A DNA stretch of 64,000 nucleotides from Candidatus Eiseniibacteriota bacterium (GTDB lineage: Bacteria > Eisenbacteria > RBG-16-71-46 > CAVPCR01): positions 1,024,001 to 1,088,000 of the forward strand of contig CAVPCR010000001.1 of assembly GCA_963702435.1 (NCBI GenBank), in the 5' to 3' direction. The notes below the pieces were generated by a model, which was not told where the DNA came from, searched no databases, and was given only the letters and a program-made list of their open reading frames with translations. Of this stretch, positions 1 through 9,206 are shown piece by piece. The translations under genes and the position numbers were made by a program. How positions within the stretch are numbered: the stretch's first letter is position 1; every line of letters starts with the position of its first letter.

Positions 1-81
1 GGCGACGATCACTCCAGGTAGGGCGCGACGCGCCCGCCGAGCAGCGCCCCGGCAGTGCCGCCGATGCGCGCTGCCACCCGG

Positions 82-1572
82 TCAACGGACGCAGAGCACC
101 TTCTCGGCGATCACCTGCTTCGCGGTGGCGAGGCGGGCGAAGTAGACACCCTCGGGCGCCGGACGCGCGCGGTCGTCGCGGCCGTCCCACACCACATCGA
201 GGCGGTTCGCGGGGAGCGGGCCGTCGAGGAGCGTGCGGCGGAGGCTCCCGCGCACGTCGTAGATCTCGAGCCGCACGCGCTCGCCCGGAGCGCGCGGCAG
301 GCTCGTCAGGTCGGCGGTGAGGCGGGCCGCCCCGGCGAACGGATTGGGCTCGATCGCGAGCGCCAGCGCGGGCGGCGCGGGAGCCGGCTCGGGCGCCACC
401 CCGATGTTCCAGTAGGGCGGGCAGGTGATCTCGAAGAGCTCGCTCCCGTTGGCGCCGCTCATCCAGTTGATCCAGAAGCGCTCCTCGCTGCCGCCCCACT
501 CCATGCCGCTCACCTCGCCCCAGGAATCCGTGCCGCGCAGGATCGGCTCGATCGTGCGATCCCGGCGCACGAGGAGGAGCTCGTTGTAACCGTAGAGGAC
601 CGCATTCTCCGGATACTGGTCCTCGTGCACGTAGAGGTTCCCGTACCTGTCCACTTCCATGTTGTCGGGATTGGCGAACAGCGGGCCGTCGCCGTCGAGC
701 CAGCGCGTCATCTCGCGCGTGCGCGGGTCGAAGCGCAGGATGTAGCCGAGTCGCGACTCGGGTTCGCTGAGCCTTCCCGTCACCGCGATGTAGATCGCGT
801 CGTCCACCGGGTTATAGACGAGATCCTCGGGGCGCGGATGGGTCGTCGCGCCGAGAGCGATCGCCTGCTCCTCGGTGTGCACCATGTCGGTCACGAGCAC
901 CCAGTCGCGGGTCGCCTCGCGGAGCGCGTAGAGTGAGCCGGAGCCCAGGTTGTTCGGGGAGGCCGGCACGAACCGGAAGAAGACGCCGGTATAGGAGTCG
1001 TCGGTCAGGTAGAGGTCGCCGGTCCGCGGATCCTCGATGACCCCCTCGTGCGAGAAGCGGCCGAGCGCGGTCCGCCGCCAGTAGAGGCCGGGAGTGAAGG
1101 TGTTCACCTCGAGCACGTGTCCGAGACCGAGGCTGTCCGCCGGCGGATGCTCCTCGCAGGAGAGCACCGTGCGCCAGCGGGTCACGACACCCGAGCAGTT
1201 GAAGTGGGTGCCGCTCACCCAGGCGAGGCGCTCGGTGATCTCGCCTTCCTCGTAGCGGAGGCGGCTCAACCCGCCGCCGGGATAGGCGATCTCGTGGCTG
1301 AGGAAGAGCCAGCCGACGTCACCGCCGAAGGGCAGCGGCACCCAGTAGACCTTGTCGAACTTGTCGCGGAGCGTGCCGCCGCCGTTCATGGGGTCGCCGA
1401 CGCGCGCAAGGAGGCGGCGCGAGCCGCCGGGAACAAGGACCTCGACATCGGCGGCGAGCGGCGGGGCGAGAGCAAGGCACGCGAGGACAGCGGCGGCGAA
1501 CGCGCGAAAGCCGAGCGCGCCGGCAACGCGGACGCCGAGCATACGTGGATCGCGGCCACGGGGCTGTCGCAT
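82..1572 (-). CDS. PhoX-family (DUF839) alkaline phosphatase with C-terminal FlgD-Ig/T9SS-like domain
   Basis: PhoX-type motifs NCSG..T.W.TVLSCEE, ALGRFSHEG, LYLTDD, RPED, NPDN, HED; hydrophobic signal peptide ending PLAA-D; C-terminal PNPF...IYDVRG...WDGRD...GVYFARL. Confidence 0.8.
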   Translation of the reverse strand: MRQPRGRDPRMLGVRVAGALGFRAFAAAVLACLALAPPLAADVEVLVPGGSRRLLARVGDPMNGGGTLRDKFDKVYWVPLPFGGDVGWLFLSHEIAYPGGGLSRLRYEEGEITERLAWVSGTHFNCSGVVTRWRTVLSCEEHPPADSLGLGHVLEVNTFTPGLYWRRTALGRFSHEGVIEDPRTGDLYLTDDSYTGVFFRFVPASPNNLGSGSLYALREATRDWVLVTDMVHTEEQAIALGATTHPRPEDLVYNPVDDAIYIAVTGRLSEPESRLGYILRFDPRTREMTRWLDGDGPLFANPDNMEVDRYGNLYVHEDQYPENAVLYGYNELLLVRRDRTIEPILRGTDSWGEVSGMEWGGSEERFWINWMSGANGSELFEITCPPYWNIGVAPEPAPAPPALALAIEPNPFAGAARLTADLTSLPRAPGERVRLEIYDVRGSLRRTLLDGPLPANRLDVVWDGRDDRARPAPEGVYFARLATAKQVIAEKVLCVR

Positions 1573-1790
1573 GCGGTGTCGGTCTCCAGATGCGAATGCG
1601 GGATGCGGCGGCCGGGTCGGGACGTCGGTGAAGCCCGCGGGAGGGGCGCCGGGGGGCGGCGCCGAGGGCGGGGCGAGCTAGATTCTACCCCATCCTGCCC
1701 CCGCTGCCGCCACCGGAAGCTCGGACGAGCCCGGGTGGGGAAACTCCCCCGCGTACGCTGCCTCGCGGCAGGACATCGGGCGGTCCAAGT

Positions 1791-1806
1791 AGCGAGAAAC
1801 ATGCCG
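1791..1806 (-). promoter_or_regulatory. candidate sigma54 (-24/-12) promoter for the PhoX-like gene
   Basis: Minus strand reads CGGCATG-TTTC-TCGCT, i.e. GG-N10-GC spacing, about 220 bp upstream of the start. Confidence 0.35.
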
Positions 1807-1925
1807 CTTGGGGCAGAGGAAACCTTGTTGGGCCGGCCGGGCCGCGGCTAGAATAGGTGGGCGCCCATCCGCACCGGTCCCCCGATCCCGATCCCTGGAT
1901 AGCCGCAGCCCGAGCTCGAGCACCC

Positions 1926-4900
1926 ATGACCCTCGATCCGATCGTCCGTCCGCGCCCTTTGCCTCGGTCGGCGCGCATGCGGCACGCCCCCCCGGCCGCG
2001 CCCGCTGCCCCGGCTCGCGCCCGCCCGGTTCTGCCGCTCGCCCTGGCCGGCGGCCTCGCGCTGGCCGCGCTTCTCGTCCCGCTCGCCGTGCTTCTCGTTC
2101 CGCTCGCCCGCGCCGCCGGCCCCGCCGGCGCCGCCGAGATCGTGGTTCCGCTCTCGTTCTCCGCGGCCGATCTCGAGGTCACCGCGATCGAGGGGCGGCA
2201 CGAGATCGCGCTTCGCGCCGCGATGACGCCGCTCGAGGCGGAGCCCGACCTGATCGCCGCCGGCGGCGGTGCGGCGGGCGGCGCTCCGAACCCGCTCGCC
2301 GCCGGCGCCCCGGCGCTTCCGCTCCGTCGCGTCACGGTGGTCCTTCCCCCGGGGATGACGATCGCGAGCGTGCGCGCCGTGGCCGGCGCCGAGATCGCGC
2401 TTCCCGGGTTCCATCTCCCGCGCCCGCTCGCCGCTCCGGCGAGTGACGCAGATTCTGGTGGCGATACGCAAGATACCGCACCACGCATCGGCAAGCCCGA
2501 CCCGGCCATCTACGCCGCGACGACCCCCTTTCCGGAGGACCTCGCCGTGGCCGGAGGCGCCGGCACCATGCGCGGCGTCACGCTCGCGAACGTCCTCGTC
2601 TCCCCGGTGCGCTACGTGGGCGCGACCGGCGAACTCCGGCTCGCCACCGAGCTCGCGATCCACGTCGCCTACGCCCCGGCGCCGGCCGCGATCACCGCGG
2701 AGATCCGCCGCCGCGATCCAGCCCGCACCCGCGACACGCTCGAACGCCGCGAGCGGGACTGGCTCCTCCGCCACGTCGCCAACCCCGACGACTTTCCACG
2801 GTTTTACGAACCAGGGGCCCGCGCCGCGCTCGGCCCCGATACCCCGCTCCCCTACGCGGGCTTCCGGCCGACCGAGTTCCCCTCGGTCGACGGACCGCCG
2901 GTCGAGTACGTGATCGTCACCGACTCGGTGGCCGTGGATGGACGCCAGGTCGGCGATCTACCGGGTGAATTCCAGCGCCTTGCCGACTGGAAGACACGGA
3001 AGGGCACGCCCGCGGTCGTCCGCACCGTGACCTGGATCCGGGCCCACTACCCCGGACACGACGACGCGGCGCGGATCCGCGCCTTCCTGATCGACGCCTT
3101 CACGCTCTGGGGAACCGACTACGTCCTCCTCGGCGGCGACACCCGCATCGTGCCCGACCGGCGGATGAACGGCATCTCGCTCGGCGCCGGCCATCCGCCG
3201 GCGGACGTCTACTACGGCGCGCTCGACTCGAGCTGGGATCTCGACCGGGACGGCGCCTACGGCGAGCCGGGCGCCGACGCCCAGGCCAGCGATCCCTACT
3301 GGGACGTGTGGGTCGGCCGCGCCCCAGTGGAAAACAGCGCCGAGGCGGCGATTTTCGTTGAGCGCAGCCTCCAGTACGCGCGGGCACCGGGGGCCGATCT
3401 CACCGGGCTCGACCCCGGTTACTACGAGAAGCTCCTTCTCATGGAAGGCCTCGCCAACTGCCCCAACTGGGGCCTCGCCTGCAACGGGCTCTTCGTCGGG
3501 GAGACCCTCCTCCGGCGGATCGCGCCTCCGCACATTGCGAAGACCCGCCTGTACCAGCGGCTGCTCGATCCGAGCCCCGCGTGCCTGTATCACCAGACCT
3601 ACGTCGAGACCGCCGACTCGGTGCAGGTCCAGTGGACGACGACCGCCGCCTTTGCGGCCGTGGACGCCGGGTACGGGTTCATCCATCACTACGAGCACTC
3701 GAATCCCTACGAGGAGGGCGGGGCGAGCGGCGGCTTCGGCTGCGCCGTGACCTCCGGCGGCGCGCTCGGCCGCGAGTACATCGACCTCCTCGGGAACGCG
3801 CCCAACTGGTCGATCGTCTACTCGACCGGGGCCGGCGTGAACGCGTTCGACTACGAGTCGGTGTCGGAGCACTGGGTGCTGAATCCCGCCGGCGGCGCCG
3901 CCGCCTACATCGGGAAGACGCGGAGCGGCTCGATCAGCAGCACGACCGGGGAGGTGGATACCCTCACCTTCGCGAACCTCTTCATCGCAGAGATGACGAT
4001 CGGCCAGGCCATGGCAATCGCCACTCAGAGCGTGTCGATCGGGCCCGCCACCTCGGTCGCTTCCTTCAACCTGCTCGGCGATCCAGAGCTCAAGCCGTGG
4101 ACACGCGCGCCGCGCGCGATGAGCCTCACGGTGAGCCCGGCGACCTTCACGCCGGGGGACGTGCCCGTCCAGGTCACCGCGCGCGATGCGGCGACCCAGG
4201 AGCCGATCGCCGGGGCGCGCGTGGCCCTCGCGCAGGGCGATCGCGCCTACGCCTACGGCCTGACCGGCGCCGACGGTACGGCCCGCTTCGCGGTCGCCCT
4301 GCCCACCCGCGATGACGTGGCGATCACAGCGACCGCGCCCTCCCACCTCCCGCGGACGGCGACTCTCGGCGCCGGCCTCGCCGCCGCGCCGGCGATCGCC
4401 TACCGGAGCCACGCCGTTCTCGACGACTCGCTCGGAGTCGCCAATGCAAACGGGATCGCCGATGCGGGCGAGGTGCTCAAGCTCGATGTGACCGCCGAGA
4501 ATCGCGGCACCGGGACGGCGCTGGGGACGACCGGGACGCTCGCCGTGATCGGGGCGGTGACGCTCGATGTCGCGATCGACGGACAGTGCGAACCCGCGGC
4601 CGTCTACGCCGGCGCCCTCGACGGCCACCCCGGCGCCGGAGCGAACTGCGTCCTCCGCTTTCCGGCGGACGAGTTCAACGGCCTGAGCCCGCACGGCCGA
4701 CCGGCGGCGCTCCCCGGCTCGACCGCACGCGGCGCCTTCGTGTGGCGGGAGGCCGATCGCTGGCATCTGGTCACCCGCGGGCCTGCGGCGCCCGCCCCGC
4801 CGGGCACGCGCTTCGCCGGCGGCTGCCGCGTCCCCGGGGCGCACGAGCTCGTCCAGGCCGGCGCCCTCGAAGCGGGCGACATGTGGAGCGCGGTCGGCGC

Positions 4901-7508
4901 CGACTCGATCCACTTCGACTTCACGGCGCAGGCGCCCGGCGACGTGGACAGCCTCCTCTTCACCGCGCGCGAGGGAGCGTGGATCGCGCTTCCGGCGGCC
5001 GCCGCCGCCTACGGAACGCTCGCGCCCGGGGCGAGCGCGACCTCCCGCTTCCTCATGGCCACGACCGCCGATTGCCCGGATCGCCACGCACCCCGCATCG
5101 AGCTTCGCGTCACGGACGTGTTCGGCGCGGCCGTCGGGCGCTCGAGCTTCGCGTTCCCGGTGGCGGCCCCCCTCCTCGCCTATGCGCGCCAGGAGGCGGC
5201 GATCGTCGGGGGGGCGGGCTCGATCCTCCCGGTCGTGCGGAACACGGGGAGTGGGGTCGCCGGGGCAGCGCGCGCCGTCCTCCGCCGGAGCGCGGGCGCG
5301 GCCACGGTCGTGGATTCGGTCGTCACTTTCGGCGCCATCCCGGGGAATTCCGAGAGCGGCCCGCTCCTCGACGTGTTCATCCTGGCCGGCGCCGACACGA
5401 CGACCGCGCTCTTCACGGTCGCGCTCGAGAACCAGTTCCCGGACGGGACGCGGCGCACCTGGTCGCCCGCCGCTCCGCTCGACCTCCGCCGGCCCTGCCC
5501 GCCGGCCGCCCTCACCGCCGACCCGATGCACGGCGGCGGCATGCGCCTCCGCTGGACGGCGCCCGCGAACACGTGCGCGCCTGATCTCGCGGGCTACAAC
5601 ATCTATCGCCGGCTCGGCGCCGCCGGGCCGTTCGCGCTCGTTGCGGGAGCGGGCCTCGACTCTACGCAGAGCGTGCAGGAGGTGGGGCTCGCGCCCGACA
5701 CGACCTGGACCTTCGCCGTCGCCGCGCGCGACTCCTCGGGCAACGAGAGCGCATGGTCGAGCCCCGCGACCCAGTCGACCTGGATCCCGGAGCGCGCGGG
5801 ATGGCCCCGGCCGGTCGATGCCGGCACGCCGGCCTCGCCGCTCGTCCTCGATGTGGACGGGGACGGCGATCGCGAGATCTTCGTCCTCGGGAACGCCCTC
5901 TATGGCTGGCATGCCGACGGCTCGCCGCTCATTCCCGCGCACGCGGACGGCGTCATCTTCCGGCCGGCGCGCTCGGTCGCGACGATGACGCAGGGCGCCA
6001 CCGGGGTCTTCTTCGGCGCACCGGCCGCCGCCGATCTCGAGCATGACGGGTCGTTCGAGATCGCGATGGCGGCGTGGGACGACTCGCTCTGGGTCGTGGA
6101 TGCGCTGACGGGCGCGCTCCGCTTCGGGCGCCGCTGCATCGCCAAGTACTCCTCGCCCGCGATCGGCGACATGGATGGCGACGGCAACTTCGACGTCGTG
6201 ATCGGCTCCGATGCCGACACGGTCTATGCGTGGCGCCACGATGGCAGGCCGGTGAACCCCGCGTTCCCGAGCGGCGCGCTGGCCCCGCTCCCGGACGGGG
6301 CCATCATCAATTACACGACGCCCGCGCTTGCCGACATCGACGCGAACCCGCTCACCGTCGAGGTCATCCATGCGACCTTCCGCGGAGACATCTATGCATG
6401 GAATGCGAGCGGCACCCTCCTCTGGTCGTGCGACGTCGGACCCAACCGCCCGCTCTCCACACCTGCGATCGGCGACGTGGACGACGACGGCGTGCTCGAA
6501 GCGGTGGTGGTCCAGGGCAACGCGACGACCGGCAGCGCCGCCAACGCGCTCTACATCGTGAACGCCGAGACCGGCGCGATCGAGCGGAGCTGGTCCGGCG
6601 ATCTCGCGATCCCGGGGAACGTGTTCAGCCCGGGGAACTACATCCATCCACCGAGCCTCGCCGACCTGGACCGGGACGGCGATCTCGAGATCCTGGTCGG
6701 GACCTCGGGTATCACCTGGCCGCCGCCCTCCGCGCCGCTCCTTGGCGGGGCGACCGTTCTCGTCTTCGACCACGACGGCGTTGCGGGCTACGCGCTCGCC
6801 TGCCGCGACGCGATCCCGCTGCCGGGGCTCAACATGACGAACGTGAGCCAGCAGAACGTGAACGCGCAGCCGATCGTGGCCGATCTCGACGGCGATCCCG
6901 GCTACGAGATCGGCGCCGGCTCGACCACCTTCGGCCTCTTCCTGTTCGAGGCCGATCCCGCGCTCGCCGCCTGCACCGAGGAGCCGGGCTGGCCGCTCCT
7001 CTTCTCCGGAGAGGTCGAGGCAACTCCGGTCGTCACCGACGTGGATCGGGACGGGCTCGCCGACCTCGTCGTGCGCACGCACGACGGCGAGGTGCATGTC
7101 TTCGCGACCGGGAACCCGTACTCGGCGGAGGCCGTCGCCTGGGGCCAGTTCGCGCACGATCCGCGGCACACCTCGAACGCGACGACGCCGGTCGAGGTGG
7201 GGATCGCGGACGCGCCGGTGCCCGCGGCCCCCTCCCTCGCGCTCCGGCAGAACGCGCCGAATCCGTTCCGGCCGCCGACCGCGATCGCGTACGCGCTCCC
7301 CGCGGCGAGTCGCGTGCGGCTCGCGATCTACACGGTCGACGGGCGGCTCGTGCGGACCCTCGTCGATCGGGTGGCCGCGGCCGGCGAGCACACGGTGGCC
7401 TGGGACGGCCGCGATGCGAGCGGCCGCGAGCAGGCGGCCGGCATCTACTTCTACCGGCTCGAAGCGCCGGCCGGGAGCGCCACGCGGAAGCTCGCGCTCG
7501 TCAGATAG
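1926..7508 (+). CDS. large secreted C25 (gingipain-like) protein: propeptide, C25 domain, Ig/FN3 domains, FG-GAP repeats, FlgD-Ig CTD
   Basis: Motifs [55 protein letters not shown]3-like ([24 protein letters not shown]); repeated DxDGDGxxEI; CTD. Start uncertain (1926 or 1977); TAGAAT at 1849-1854 argues against the GTG at 1857. Confidence 0.85.
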   Translation: MTLDPIVRPRPLPRSARMRHAPPAAPAAPARARPVLPLALAGGLALAALLVPLAVLLVPLARAAGPAGAAEIVVPLSFSAADLEVTAIEGRHEIALRAAMTPLEAEPDLIAAGGGAAGGAPNPLAAGAPALPLRRVTVVLPPGMTIASVRAVAGAEIALPGFHLPRPLAAPASDADSGGDTQDTAPRIGKPDPAIYAATTPFPEDLAVAGGAGTMRGVTLANVLVSPVRYVGATGELRLATELAIHVAYAPAPAAITAEIRRRDPARTRDTLERRERDWLLRHVANPDDFPRFYEPGARAALGPDTPLPYAGFRPTEFPSVDGPPVEYVIVTDSVAVDGRQVGDLPGEFQRLADWKTRKGTPAVVRTVTWIRAHYPGHDDAARIRAFLIDAFTLWGTDYVLLGGDTRIVPDRRMNGISLGAGHPPADVYYGALDSSWDLDRDGAYGEPGADAQASDPYWDVWVGRAPVENSAEAAIFVERSLQYARAPGADLTGLDPGYYEKLLLMEGLANCPNWGLACNGLFVGETLLRRIAPPHIAKTRLYQRLLDPSPACLYHQTYVETADSVQVQWTTTAAFAAVDAGYGFIHHYEHSNPYEEGGASGGFGCAVTSGGALGREYIDLLGNAPNWSIVYSTGAGVNAFDYESVSEHWVLNPAGGAAAYIGKTRSGSISSTTGEVDTLTFANLFIAEMTIGQAMAIATQSVSIGPATSVASFNLLGDPELKPWTRAPRAMSLTVSPATFTPGDVPVQVTARDAATQEPIAGARVALAQGDRAYAYGLTGADGTARFAVALPTRDDVAITATAPSHLPRTATLGAGLAAAPAIAYRSHAVLDDSLGVANANGIADAGEVLKLDVTAENRGTGTALGTTGTLAVIGAVTLDVAIDGQCEPAAVYAGALDGHPGAGANCVLRFPADEFNGLSPHGRPAALPGSTARGAFVWREADRWHLVTRGPAAPAPPGTRFAGGCRVPGAHELVQAGALEAGDMWSAVGADSIHFDFTAQAPGDVDSLLFTAREGAWIALPAAAAAYGTLAPGASATSRFLMATTADCPDRHAPRIELRVTDVFGAAVGRSSFAFPVAAPLLAYARQEAAIVGGAGSILPVVRNTGSGVAGAARAVLRRSAGAATVVDSVVTFGAIPGNSESGPLLDVFILAGADTTTALFTVALENQFPDGTRRTWSPAAPLDLRRPCPPAALTADPMHGGGMRLRWTAPANTCAPDLAGYNIYRRLGAAGPFALVAGAGLDSTQSVQEVGLAPDTTWTFAVAARDSSGNESAWSSPATQSTWIPERAGWPRPVDAGTPASPLVLDVDGDGDREIFVLGNALYGWHADGSPLIPAHADGVIFRPARSVATMTQGATGVFFGAPAAADLEHDGSFEIAMAAWDDSLWVVDALTGALRFGRRCIAKYSSPAIGDMDGDGNFDVVIGSDADTVYAWRHDGRPVNPAFPSGALAPLPDGAIINYTTPALADIDANPLTVEVIHATFRGDIYAWNASGTLLWSCDVGPNRPLSTPAIGDVDDDGVLEAVVVQGNATTGSAANALYIVNAETGAIERSWSGDLAIPGNVFSPGNYIHPPSLADLDRDGDLEILVGTSGITWPPPSAPLLGGATVLVFDHDGVAGYALACRDAIPLPGLNMTNVSQQNVNAQPIVADLDGDPGYEIGAGSTTFGLFLFEADPALAACTEEPGWPLLFSGEVEATPVVTDVDRDGLADLVVRTHDGEVHVFATGNPYSAEAVAWGQFAHDPRHTSNATTPVEVGIADAPVPAAPSLALRQNAPNPFRPPTAIAYALPAASRVRLAIYTVDGRLVRTLVDRVAAAGEHTVAWDGRDASGREQAAGIYFYRLEAPAGSATRKLALVR

Positions 7509-7582
7509 GCCGCGTGACGCGGATGTCCAGCGGCCAGCGCACGGCGAGGGGGCGACGGCGGTCGCCGCCGATCGCCTGCCGC

Positions 7583-7705
7583 GGGCAGCACCTTGAGCGC
7601 CACGTCCCGCCCGAGCTTGGTGTCGCTCGCGCGATAGACCTCGCCCATGCCGCCGGCGCCGATCTTCTGCGTGATCCGATAGTGCGAGATCGTCTGTCCG
7701 ATCAT
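7583..7705 (-). pseudogene. 5' remnant of a Hanks-type Ser/Thr protein kinase
   Basis: [41 protein letters not shown] (Gly loop plus VALK lysine), then runs into unrelated sequence antisense to the C25 gene end. Confidence 0.8.
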
Positions 7706-7947
7706 GGTCCGGGACTCCATCGGTCAAAGCAGCTCCCGCCGCCCATGCGCCGGCTGCTGCGCTGCGTCATTGTCGGCCGGCCCGGCCCGGGGATGGCCTG
7801 GACCCGGCTCCCCGCCGTGCGCTTCGGCCGCGTGGTCCAGGACCGCGGATCGAGCCCGAGAGGCGCAGCCGCAACCATGACACATGGATTGCATGTGGAT
7901 GTATGATGACGACGCACGTCAGGCAGTGCGAACAGGGAGGGATAACG

Positions 7948-8442
7948 ATGAAGAAGAAGTGCACCGCCATCCTGCCCGTCTTCCTGCTCGTCAGCCTCAC
8001 CACGACGGCGGCGGTTGCTCAGGATGACGTGGCGAAGTTGACCAGGGAAATCGAGGCGATCAACGCGGTTCTCGAGAAGGCAGCCCTGGCTGGCGACTAC
8101 GACACGATTCTCGCGCACCACGCGGAGGACGCGATCCTCTGTCCCGACACCCATGCTCCGATCAGGGGACGGGAGGCGATGCGCCAGGTCTATCGGAAAA
8201 GCGAGCAGGAGCAGGTGAAGCTGCACGCCTTCTCGACTACAATCGACACGCTCTGGACATGTGGCGACCGCATCTACCTGTGGGGAGCGTTTGGTCAATC
8301 GGCGAGTTCGCCGCGGTCGCCGAACCCTGTCGCCATTCACGGCTCCTACTTCGAGATCTGCAGGCGCCAGGCCGACGGCCGACATCTCATCGAATACCTG
8401 ATCTGGAACCTGGGCTTCAACCCGTTCGAGGGCGACAAGTGA
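7948..8442 (+). CDS. secreted NTF2/SnoaL-like (DUF4440-type) protein
   Basis: GGAGG RBS; signal peptide MKKK...AVA-Q; AGDYDTILAHHAEDAILCP..IRGREA pattern; C-terminal IWN. Confidence 0.7.
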   Translation: MKKKCTAILPVFLLVSLTTTAAVAQDDVAKLTREIEAINAVLEKAALAGDYDTILAHHAEDAILCPDTHAPIRGREAMRQVYRKSEQEQVKLHAFSTTIDTLWTCGDRIYLWGAFGQSASSPRSPNPVAIHGSYFEICRRQADGRHLIEYLIWNLGFNPFEGDK

Positions 8443-8497
8443 GCGCCGGGCCAGACCGACCCGGGGTCTACTGAAAGCTGCGGCCCTCGGGCGCCGG

Positions 8498-9118
8498 CTA
8501 TTCGCCCGTTCGACCTGCGGCCGGCGCTGCTCCCGCCTTCGGCACCTCGGCCCACATGAAGCCGCGGAGGTCGCCCGGCGCGAACCCCACGGCCGCGTCT
8601 TCCGGATAGGTCGTGGCGAGGACCGGGCCGATCGCCGCATGCACGGTCTCCGCGGGACCGTGGCAGCTCATGCACAAGGGAGCGGTGCCGATCGGCCGGA
8701 GCACGCCGACGCGATCGCCGAGGTCGAAGACGCGCAGGCTCTCGGCCGCCGCCTTGGCGCCGGCCGCCTTCTCGACGGCGGGCCGGGCCCAGTCGCGCGG
8801 GGCGTTGGCCGGGTTCCGGAGGCGATGGCTCGTCCGCCCGATGGCGATGTCCTGCGTCGCCGCGATGCGCGCGGTGATGACCGCGGCCGAGTCCCGGCAG
8901 ACGCTGACGGCGGCGGTCGGCCCGCCGCGCTCGAGCTCGGTGCGGAGCCGGGAGAGAAGCGCCGCCTGCAGCGAATCCATGGCCGCCGTGGCGCGCGCCA
9001 CGGCGAGCTCGGTCTCCTCGCCCGGAGGCCTGGCCGGCGTTCCGGAACCGAGAGCGGCGGCGGCAACGAGAACGAGGAACAAGGTGGCGACGCGCGCGAG
9101 CGATCGGGCCATCATCAT
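8498..9118 (-). CDS. DUF3365 (Tll0287-like) mono-haem c-type cytochrome
   Basis: GGPTAAVSVC, RTSHRLRNPANAP, CMSCHG, YPEDAAVGFAPGDLRG; N-terminal signal; GGAGG RBS before MMM. Confidence 0.8.
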   Translation of the reverse strand: MMMARSLARVATLFLVLVAAAALGSGTPARPPGEETELAVARATAAMDSLQAALLSRLRTELERGGPTAAVSVCRDSAAVITARIAATQDIAIGRTSHRLRNPANAPRDWARPAVEKAAGAKAAAESLRVFDLGDRVGVLRPIGTAPLCMSCHGPAETVHAAIGPVLATTYPEDAAVGFAPGDLRGFMWAEVPKAGAAPAAGRTGE

Positions 9119-9206
9119 CGATCCTCCCCTGGCTGGCGACATCAGTCTATCATCCTCCCGATCCCCGCTTCGACCCCCCGGCCCTTGACCCGAGGCGCTC
9201 ACGCCC

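Noticed and set aside
2958..7727. 1589-aa minus-strand ORF and similar long antisense ORFs (e.g. 45341-47848, 38497-40566, 9150-11261, 15284-17170)
   Set aside because: Shadow ORFs typical of high-GC DNA: Arg-rich, motif-free, and opposite well-supported genes.
7878..7893. Sigma54 promoter TGACACATGGATTGCA upstream of the NTF2-like gene
   Set aside because: The invariant -24 GG reads GA, so the match is insufficient.
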